A DNA stretch of 62,652 nucleotides from a virus (lineage: Duplodnaviria > Caudoviricetes): the IMG/VR virus record IMGVR_UViG_3300027754_004386, positions 1 through 62,652 of that record. One strand, written 5' to 3'. A program made the translations under genes and the position numbers. Positions 36,407 to 44,170 of this stretch are shown here, piece after piece. The notes below the pieces were generated by a model. That model did not search any database. It worked only from the letters and a program-made list of their open reading frames with translations, and had not been told where the DNA came from. Numbering within the stretch: the first letter of the stretch is position 1; each line of letters begins with the position of its first letter.

Positions 36407-38397
36407 TGGGTCAAGATTTAAATAATGATTATAGTAACGCCAATAGTAAAATTGAGGCGTTTAAAACGGTTATTGAAAACAAAAAAAATCAAGCGACACA
36501 AAAAAAAGAAAAAGTAACCGATAGTGTAGATAAGGCAAAAAAAGACGTTGTTAAACAAATTAATGAAATAAAAAATGAATTAAAAGAAGGAAAAAATAAA
36601 ATAAAATCCGAAATAAAAAGTCAACTTGAAGAACTTTTAGGGATGTATAAACAAAGCGTCCCTAAAGAAGTGGATCAATCTTTAGGTTTATTAGTTTCAT
36701 TTTTTATTCAAGCGGCGGTAAATACAAAAGAAAAAATAAAATTCATTATTATAGATGAATTAATTTCAACTTTAGGGTGTTCTGAAGAGCAATCATATAG
36801 TAACGTTGTTAATCAAAAAATTTATATTAAAGTTAAGCATGTTGATCTTTATAAAAGATTAATATATAGCCCTGAGGATGAAAACGCAAAATATTTTTAT
36901 GAAAATACGGTAACGCCTAATGGGCAAATTCCCTTTTCTATGAATAGAGAATTATATCATAGGTTACAGAGTAATCAGTCATTTTTTGAGGAATATGGTC
37001 AATCATATATCGCAGCGTCAGGCAATGAACTTTTTAATATAAAATTTGTAGATAGTTATGTAGATCCAGTTACAAATGTCACAATAAACGGAGATTACTT
37101 TGAAGTTGAACTTAATCCCCAACCAAGTAATTTAACTAGTGTTTCTGATTTTTTATATGATTATTATAACTCAATAGATATAATTAGTTTTGATTTATTG
37201 TCTGCCGAAATATTTAATACTCTGTTTGGGGTTTTTGATTTTAGTTTAGGCATCTCAAGTGATGAGTTAAGAGAACAGACAAAATTTGAAATGATTATAA
37301 AAAGAATGATGGGTATTTGTTCTGACCCAACAAAATCAATAGACGTTGCGGGAACTGCAAAATTAAGTGATTTAGATTTTATTGATGATTCTTTTTTTGA
37401 AGTTTCAAATCAAGAATTAAGACAAATTGAGGAAATTATTGCAAATATCCAAAGTGGAGTTGTAAAATTTCAAGACTGTAATGACCTTGCATTACCAATT
37501 AATGTTAATTTAATCTATGGTGAATTAGATGAGATTATATCACTAAATAGTGATTCTAAAAAATCGGATCAATTACAACAATCATTAACCGATATTGCGA
37601 ATGATCCTAAATGGAAAACTTTAGTTCCAAATTTAGGGTTAGATATTAATCTATTTGGTGCAATACAAAGTGACTTTTTATTGAAATTACCAAGAGCAGT
37701 TTTTAAGTCTATTTTAACACCAAAAGTTATGTTAGGTTTTATGATTATGGTAAAAGCAATAAAAAATGAAATTTCGGAGCAATTAGAATTAAATTTTGAC
37801 AATTTAAATGATTTTTTAAAGATTTTTAAAAAGTTTTCATTAAACGTGATGAGAAGAATCACCGCCATTTTTGTTGAGGAGTTATTTAAAATTCTTAAAA
37901 AGAATTTATTACTTTTAGTGGAGACAATTTTGTTTGAAATTGCAACCGAAGCCAAAAATAAACAATTATCAATGTTTGCATCAATTGCCTATATTTTACT
38001 AGTCATCGGGGAGGCGGTAGTGGATTATGCTAATTGTAAAAGTGTTATAGATGAAATATTAAAGTTACTAAATTTAGGATTAGCAAAATTAAATGTGGGA
38101 TTACCTCAATTCGCATTAACAGGTGCGAGGTTTCTTGGTGGAGTATCAAATATTAGGTCATTGGCCAACACGATTGAAAACCTTCAAAAGAATGGATTAC
38201 CGACGGGAGACGCGCCTGATGGGGGTCCAAATTTAATGAATATAGCGATGAAATCAATGATAGACGGGATGAATAAAGAGCAGGCGGAAAATGGTAAAAC
38301 TGAAATTGCTATACCTCCTTTACAAGTTTTCGTACCTCCATTAGGTGCTGGCCCTGGATTCACTAAACCAGTAAAGGGATATGGAAAATCATACTAA
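36406..38397 (+). CDS. Large hypothetical protein, probably virion or baseplate-associated
   Basis: 663-aa ORF in the same operon as the baseplate spike gene. Confidence 0.6.
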   Translation: MGQDLNNDYSNANSKIEAFKTVIENKKNQATQKKEKVTDSVDKAKKDVVKQINEIKNELKEGKNKIKSEIKSQLEELLGMYKQSVPKEVDQSLGLLVSFFIQAAVNTKEKIKFIIIDELISTLGCSEEQSYSNVVNQKIYIKVKHVDLYKRLIYSPEDENAKYFYENTVTPNGQIPFSMNRELYHRLQSNQSFFEEYGQSYIAASGNELFNIKFVDSYVDPVTNVTINGDYFEVELNPQPSNLTSVSDFLYDYYNSIDIISFDLLSAEIFNTLFGVFDFSLGISSDELREQTKFEMIIKRMMGICSDPTKSIDVAGTAKLSDLDFIDDSFFEVSNQELRQIEEIIANIQSGVVKFQDCNDLALPINVNLIYGELDEIISLNSDSKKSDQLQQSLTDIANDPKWKTLVPNLGLDINLFGAIQSDFLLKLPRAVFKSILTPKVMLGFMIMVKAIKNEISEQLELNFDNLNDFLKIFKKFSLNVMRRITAIFVEELFKILKKNLLLLVETILFEIATEAKNKQLSMFASIAYILLVIGEAVVDYANCKSVIDEILKLLNLGLAKLNVGLPQFALTGARFLGGVSNIRSLANTIENLQKNGLPTGDAPDGGPNLMNIAMKSMIDGMNKEQAENGKTEIAIPPLQVFVPPLGAGPGFTKPVKGYGKSY

Positions 38398-38602
38398 AAT
38401 GGAACATAAAGAAATTGTAGAGATATTAAAAAACTATAAAAACAAATCAAATAAAGATTTGAAAACCGCTATGGATTTTCTTCATAACGATTTTGAGGAA
38501 ACAAAAAAATTAATTTTAAAATTAGTTAACCATTTAGATAGTTCTGAAAAATCTTATAATAAATTATTAGAAGAATTTAACAAAAGATTAAATGGCAAGT
38601 GA
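38381..38602 (+). CDS. Small hypothetical coiled-coil protein
   Basis: 73-aa ORF overlapping both neighbours. The true start may be the second Met. Confidence 0.6.
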   Translation: MENHTKMEHKEIVEILKNYKNKSNKDLKTAMDFLHNDFEETKKLILKLVNHLDSSEKSYNKLLEEFNKRLNGK

Positions 38603-40145
38603 CGACAGACCTTTAAGTGATTATCAAAACATTTTTTATGGTATTTGCATTGATAACCAAGATCCTATGATGCTTGGTAGAATCCGCGTATTTGACCAAA
38701 CAGATAATTATGAAGCAAGGGAAAATTCTTCAAACGACTTTGAACCAGAAAATATCAATAATAATGGTCCCTGGTCAGAAAAAGATCCATTTGTTTTTTT
38801 ACCCCTACTTCCCCTCTATGTAAATCAAATCCCAAATAATGACCAACAGGTTATCTTGTTTTACTTTAATAATAAAATTAAAGGGATTAGAGATAAATAC
38901 TATATTATTGCTCCGTTTTCTTCGGCATACAATTCAGATAATGAATCTGCAAAAACTTCACAAACATTTTTAAATCAAGGAACACTTTATTCTAAAGAAA
39001 GTTTACCAAACATTTTAGATCCTGATGGGAAAGTTCCGGAAAAAAGCAAAGGAGTTTTTGCTGAACCTATGGACATATCATTTCAAGGAAGAGATACGTC
39101 TGATATTATACTTAAAAAAAATGATGTCTTATTAAGAGCCGGAAAACATAAAAAATTTAGAAGAGGTGAAATACCAGAATCCGATACAAAAAGAGCATTT
39201 TTACAATTATCAAAATTTGATAAAAAGATCACTCTTTTGGATCCGGAAATACGTTACAAATTAGAAAAAACAGACCCTCTTATCACATATTTAGTTGAAT
39301 ATGACATTGTAAATGCGGAAAACACTCAAGACTCGTTTACCGGAGATATTACAATATATAATCTATCAAATATTATTGGTGAGACAACAAAAGTATCGTT
39401 TTTTGATGTAGATACCGATTTGTCGGGTGTTACCCTAACAAAGTCGTATTACGAAAATTTTATAGGACTTTCAATGGACAATTTAATTTCAAAAATTAAT
39501 GAAATTTTAAGAACCTTTTTAAAGGTACCCAATGAATTATTGGTGGTTGAGATACCTCAAAATTCAAACTTTCCATTTTATTATAGACCGTCTAAAAATA
39601 CCTTATCTAAAATAACAAATTTTGAAGACTCCGGCAATGTTATAGAAGCGGCAAATGTGGGAATACTTATGAACGGTATCGGCATAATACCAGATGATGT
39701 TACTGCAGGTTATGGTTTAGTAATGGATCGGAAATTAACTCCATATTCCCCATTTACACCAAGAAAAGAAATAGTTATTAACCAAAACGTTGAGTCATTA
39801 GATACGACCGTTGGTGTTTTAGGTGCGTCTGATCTATATTTAATTTCTCACGACTCCACAATACCGGGAAAATCAAAAATAGAATTGGGTGTAGATACAC
39901 TTTATGGTCTTGACCCTAATAAAATCTATACCGATTTAACCGTCAACACCTCATCCACTGTCAGAGGAGAGGAACTTTTAGAGTTACTTGATGTTATTGT
40001 AAACTTTTTAATAACTCACGTTCACCCATACCCATTACTTCCACCATCGTCAGTTTCAACCGACGGAACATCTACGGATGACATACTTAAAAAAATGTTA
40101 GAAGCATACGAAAAAGTTTTAAATAAGAAAATTCGTATTAACTAA
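38592..40145 (+). CDS. Baseplate hub or central spike protein (gp5/gpV-like)
   Basis: N-terminal OB-fold signature GICIDNQDPMMLGRIRV and a C-terminal HxH (THVHPY) spike-tip motif. Confidence 0.75.
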   Translation: MASDDRPLSDYQNIFYGICIDNQDPMMLGRIRVFDQTDNYEARENSSNDFEPENINNNGPWSEKDPFVFLPLLPLYVNQIPNNDQQVILFYFNNKIKGIRDKYYIIAPFSSAYNSDNESAKTSQTFLNQGTLYSKESLPNILDPDGKVPEKSKGVFAEPMDISFQGRDTSDIILKKNDVLLRAGKHKKFRRGEIPESDTKRAFLQLSKFDKKITLLDPEIRYKLEKTDPLITYLVEYDIVNAENTQDSFTGDITIYNLSNIIGETTKVSFFDVDTDLSGVTLTKSYYENFIGLSMDNLISKINEILRTFLKVPNELLVVEIPQNSNFPFYYRPSKNTLSKITNFEDSGNVIEAANVGILMNGIGIIPDDVTAGYGLVMDRKLTPYSPFTPRKEIVINQNVESLDTTVGVLGASDLYLISHDSTIPGKSKIELGVDTLYGLDPNKIYTDLTVNTSSTVRGEELLELLDVIVNFLITHVHPYPLLPPSSVSTDGTSTDDILKKMLEAYEKVLNKKIRIN

Positions 40146-40165
40146 TATTTATATAAAAAAGAAAA

Positions 40166-41641
40166 ATGTCAATTTACCGATCTTATTTTAGTAAATCAAA
40201 TACTATTACATCGGATTCATACACTAACACGGCAAGAAATCCAATTGTTGAGTTATTTTATGGCCGAGTAGATAATATTTTATTACCTATTGGTTTTAGC
40301 CGTTATATCTTTGATATTAATTTATCAGGTCTTACGGACCTTTACGATGAAAAAGTTATATCAACAGATTGTAACCAATCAATAAGTCATATTTTAAAAA
40401 TGACTAACACCTCAGCTTTTGATAAAGAGCTTATCAATGACACAACTTCACAAGGTAGAAGAAGGGCGACATCATTTGATTTAGTACTTTTTAGAATACC
40501 AAAAACTTCAGGAAGTACAGGATCCCCTCAATTATGGGATAGTGGTGTTGGTTATGATTATTACGATGTTGGAGCAAATTATGAAACCGATAAATCATTT
40601 TCAGAAAGACCATCAAATTGGTTTCAAAGGACAACGGTTAACTCTTGGTCAGAGCCGGGACTTTATAATAATACAAATTCTTTATCAGGTAATACAGGTC
40701 TAAATTTTAGTGGTCTTACAATTATTGGAACCCAACATTTTGAATTTGGAAATGAAGATATTGAGTTTGATATGACAAATGAAATAAATGGAATTATTGA
40801 TGGATCAATAACAGGGGTAACAGGATGGGGCGTTGCATTTTATCCAAATCTTGAAAACATAACAGGAATGACTGAAAATTATTCTGTTGGGTTTTTCTCC
40901 CCTTATACTCAAACATTTTATGAACCATTTTTACAAACAACTTACGATGATTTAATTATTGACAATAGAAATAGTTTTTATGCAGGAAATGACAATTCCC
41001 TTTATCTTTACTCATATGTTAATGGAAACCCAATAAATTTTGATTCAAACCCATCGGTCAATATATTAGATAAAAATGGAGATCCTGTTTCGGGATACAC
41101 TAATTTAACATCTTGTCTTGTAACAAAAGGAGTTTATAAAGTGGACGTTGATGGATTAATACCATCAACAGTTCCTTGTTTATATTATGATGTTTGGTCA
41201 GGACTTTCAGTTAATGGGGTTCTTATTTCAAGTGTTGAAAATGAGTTTGCAATTTTTAGTAGTGACAATTATTATCAAATAGGAACAACAACACAAAGAC
41301 CAAAACTATATGGGTTTGATTTTGACGGTATAAAACAAGATGAAAAAATACTTAATACTGACATTAGAAAAGTTAATGTAACGATAAAACAAGCATATAC
41401 CACAAACACTTCATTAAAAAATGTAGAAGCGTATTACAGAATATATGTTAGAGAAGGCAAAACCGAAGTTCAAGTACAAGATTGGACAAGGATAAATCAA
41501 ACTCCAGATGGGTTTTACTTTATTTTTGATACCAGAGATAAAATACCAAACGAGTATTTTGTTGATATAAAAGTAAATTCAGATAGAAACGTAGATACTT
41601 ATAAAAGGGAATTACAATTCCAAATAGTAAACAAAAAATAA
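40166..41641 (+). CDS. Putative virion structural protein
   Basis: 491-aa beta-rich ORF after the spike gene, preceded by TATTTATA (40146-40153). Confidence 0.6.
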   Translation: MSIYRSYFSKSNTITSDSYTNTARNPIVELFYGRVDNILLPIGFSRYIFDINLSGLTDLYDEKVISTDCNQSISHILKMTNTSAFDKELINDTTSQGRRRATSFDLVLFRIPKTSGSTGSPQLWDSGVGYDYYDVGANYETDKSFSERPSNWFQRTTVNSWSEPGLYNNTNSLSGNTGLNFSGLTIIGTQHFEFGNEDIEFDMTNEINGIIDGSITGVTGWGVAFYPNLENITGMTENYSVGFFSPYTQTFYEPFLQTTYDDLIIDNRNSFYAGNDNSLYLYSYVNGNPINFDSNPSVNILDKNGDPVSGYTNLTSCLVTKGVYKVDVDGLIPSTVPCLYYDVWSGLSVNGVLISSVENEFAIFSSDNYYQIGTTTQRPKLYGFDFDGIKQDEKILNTDIRKVNVTIKQAYTTNTSLKNVEAYYRIYVREGKTEVQVQDWTRINQTPDGFYFIFDTRDKIPNEYFVDIKVNSDRNVDTYKRELQFQIVNKK

Positions 41642-41642
41642 T

Positions 41643-42086
41643 ATGGATAATTTATCAAAAGTTATTAGAAAAGTTTTAAAAGAAACTGAAGAAAAAAATA
41701 CAAGATATATGTTTTTTTCTAATTTAGAGCAAATGAAAAGACAATGTGAAATGTTACTTGATATGGATCAATCAACAATTGAGGAAATATTAGAAAACGG
41801 TCATGATTGGGCTCAAGATCACATCTCGGAAGCAAAAAATAATATGGATCAGGTGTTTGATTTTTTGATGAATGAAATTAAAGGATCCGACTACGAAGAT
41901 GATGATATGATGATGGAGGGTAGAAAAAAAACAGGGACAAAACTTTGTGCTCGTGGTATTGCTTCAGCTAAAGCCAAATACGACGTTCACCCTTCTGCAT
42001 ATTCAAATGGACATGCGGTTCAAGTTTGTAAGGGTAAAATCAAAGGTCTTGACGGAAAAAAACGTTGTTCAGGAGCATATTGTTAA
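41643..42086 (+). CDS. Hypothetical protein with a basic Cys-containing C-terminal motif
   Basis: Leader KVIRKVLKE, helical middle (DWAQDHISEAK) and C-terminal LCARG...AKAKYDVHPSAY.NG.AVQVCKG, a motif type seen in large-phage proteins. Confidence 0.65.
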   Translation: MDNLSKVIRKVLKETEEKNTRYMFFSNLEQMKRQCEMLLDMDQSTIEEILENGHDWAQDHISEAKNNMDQVFDFLMNEIKGSDYEDDDMMMEGRKKTGTKLCARGIASAKAKYDVHPSAYSNGHAVQVCKGKIKGLDGKKRCSGAYC

Positions 42087-42093
42087 AATTAAT

Positions 42094-42124
42094 TTTGTCA
42101 ATTAGAAAAAAAGTATTATATTTG
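42094..42124 (+). promoter_or_regulatory. Bacteroidota housekeeping-sigma promoter (-33/-7)
   Basis: TTTG (42094-42097), 19 nt, then TATATTTG (42117-42124). This is an exact match to TTTG-N19-21-TAnnTTTG, 28 nt before the ATG at 42153. Confidence 0.75.
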
Positions 42125-42152
42125 TAGAAATAAATCTTTTAAACGTATCATT

Positions 42153-42575
42153 ATGAAAAATCTAATTACCTCAGTTTTGTTTGTTATTGTTTCTGTTTTT
42201 GGTTTTTCACAAAACATAGTAGATACTGTTAACACCAAATCAGATGATTTGTGGTATGTTGTACTTACACCACTAAAAACAAAAAGTAATCATAAAACAA
42301 AAGAATATAAAGAACATTACATTTTTCAAGTGAGCCATAATTTTATTTATGTTATAAATAAAAATTATAACATTAAATACACAATGGAAATCACTAATAT
42401 TGTGAAATTTGAAGACCACATTGAATTAACTGCCAAACAGTACAACAGTAAAAAAGGTGAAGTATCTTTTTCTGTTCCATTAAAAAATGGGGTAATGTTT
42501 GTCACTTCAAATGAAAAAACCAATTTATCTTTTTCAACATACGACCTTGAAGTTTATACTGAAAAAGATTTATAA
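42153..42575 (+). CDS. Small secreted or periplasmic protein
   Basis: Sec signal peptide MKNLITSVLFVIVSVFGFS|Q, with Gln at +1 as is typical of Bacteroidota. Confidence 0.75.
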   Translation: MKNLITSVLFVIVSVFGFSQNIVDTVNTKSDDLWYVVLTPLKTKSNHKTKEYKEHYIFQVSHNFIYVINKNYNIKYTMEITNIVKFEDHIELTAKQYNSKKGEVSFSVPLKNGVMFVTSNEKTNLSFSTYDLEVYTEKDL

Positions 42576-42578
42576 AAT

Positions 42579-42606
42579 AAAAAAGGACCTTTAAAGTCCT
42601 TTTTTT
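42579..42606. terminator. Bidirectional intrinsic terminator
   Basis: AAAAAAGGAC-CTTTAAA-GTCCTTTTTT between convergent genes. Confidence 0.75.
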
Positions 42607-43697
42607 CTTTCTTTCCATTTTATTTGACTACATAAAGGTCTTAACCATTTTCTATCTAAAACTTTTTGATTGGTCTGATTTATACCATATTTTTCATATG
42701 GATCTCCATACCCTAAGTTAGCCGTTAAAAAATCAAATTCAACATCTCTTGGTGGGGTTGAGTCACAGTAATATCTTACAGAACCAAATCTTTGGTTTCC
42801 TCCTGCCGCTATGGTTTTTCTTGATAATTTATCATAACCATAATAAACTTCAGGATAATCTTCATTTTTTAAATTAGTGTCATTACTATCCATAACCCTT
42901 ACAGGTAAAGTCCCTTTATATTTTCTCCAATTACCTTTTCTTTTTAAAAAATCAAAAAAATTAGACTCTTCGTTTAAAACCTTATTTACAATTCTACTAA
43001 TGTCATTTTCAGTTAATCTAACTATTCTTTTCATATCTTCATTTGTTTTTTTCTTTTTATAACTTGTCATAATTGGTTTTTGACCTTTACCTGTTTGTGT
43101 GTCTTTTTTTTCTGCTGATCTTTTTTGTTGACATGCTGATTTTTTTTCAGAGTCAGACATTTTACCCGCAACACCCGCAGCTCTACATTTAGGGTATCCC
43201 CCTTTATCTGTATTAGTTCTACCACAAGGAGGATGTTTACCATCAACCTTTTTACAAATGTTAACCCAAGGCCCTTTTGGTTGTTTAGATCCTTTAGGTT
43301 TCTTTTTAGTACCAAACCAAACGGCTAAATCTTCGTTTAGATTGATTTTATCAAGTTCAATCCATTCTTTAATGGGTACAATTTTTTTACCTTTTCCTGG
43401 TGTTTGATTTATAACATTACCATCCTCGTCACTAAAAGTTGCGTACGGATTATTTTTTATTTTATTATAAATTTTAACTGCCATTGTTTCTTCTTTTTTT
43501 CTTTGTTTTTTTGTTCTTTCCATTTTACCATCATATGAATCATATTCCAAATCAGGACTTTTGTAATTAGAAACAGGTTCAGTAAATGGCCCCATTACGT
43601 CTTTTTTAAAGAATCTAACTCCCGCCTGTAAAGGTGCAACATATGATCCTCTAGATCCCGTGGAGGTAGATGTTACCTCATTTAATGGCTTTTTCAT
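42591..43697 (-). CDS. Multi-segment basic hypothetical protein with a Cys-rich domain
   Basis: EDLAVWF...WVNIC...CGR...YPKC...KMS..EKKSAC..KR domain and a KRIVRLTENDISRIVNKVLNE linker. TATTTATA box upstream. Confidence 0.65.
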   Translation of the reverse strand: MKKPLNEVTSTSTGSRGSYVAPLQAGVRFFKKDVMGPFTEPVSNYKSPDLEYDSYDGKMERTKKQRKKEETMAVKIYNKIKNNPYATFSDEDGNVINQTPGKGKKIVPIKEWIELDKINLNEDLAVWFGTKKKPKGSKQPKGPWVNICKKVDGKHPPCGRTNTDKGGYPKCRAAGVAGKMSDSEKKSACQQKRSAEKKDTQTGKGQKPIMTSYKKKKTNEDMKRIVRLTENDISRIVNKVLNEESNFFDFLKRKGNWRKYKGTLPVRVMDSNDTNLKNEDYPEVYYGYDKLSRKTIAAGGNQRFGSVRYYCDSTPPRDVEFDFLTANLGYGDPYEKYGINQTNQKVLDRKWLRPLCSQIKWKERKKGL

Positions 43698-43711
43698 ATA
43701 TTATAAATACT

Positions 43712-44170
43712 TTAATGTCTTAAAAAATATGTATGTACCATCAAATGTATATGATAAAAACAAAGTGTTGCGATTCCCCAAGTCTCCATCCAATAAAGAC
43801 CATCAAAATATAAAAACAATAAAGACAATAAATAAATCGGCATGTAAAATCTAAACCTTTTTATTGACCATAAAGGAAATGTTGATGTAACAAAAAATGA
43901 TATTGCTAAAATATTGTGTAACAACATATAACTTTCAACAGAAAACACAGTTAAAAGTAATATCAAAACCGCAGAAATTCTCCATTTAGGAAGATCAAAA
44001 AAGAAATAACTAACAAGTGCATTTGTAAAAATAAAAAGTGGTTGTAAAGGGGTATTCCAAGATTGAGAAATAGAATCTAAATGTCCACAAGTTAAATAAA
44101 TAATAAAAGGTTGTAACAAAGCAATTACTGCCGTGAACAACCTTTTATAAAATTCAAATTTAGTTATCAT
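43712..44170 (-). CDS. Multi-pass membrane protein
   Basis: 152 aa with about five to six hydrophobic segments. Confidence 0.7.
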   Translation of the reverse strand: MITKFEFYKRLFTAVIALLQPFIIYLTCGHLDSISQSWNTPLQPLFIFTNALVSYFFFDLPKWRISAVLILLLTVFSVESYMLLHNILAISFFVTSTFPLWSIKRFRFYMPIYLLSLLFLYFDGLYWMETWGIATLCFYHIHLMVHTYFLRH

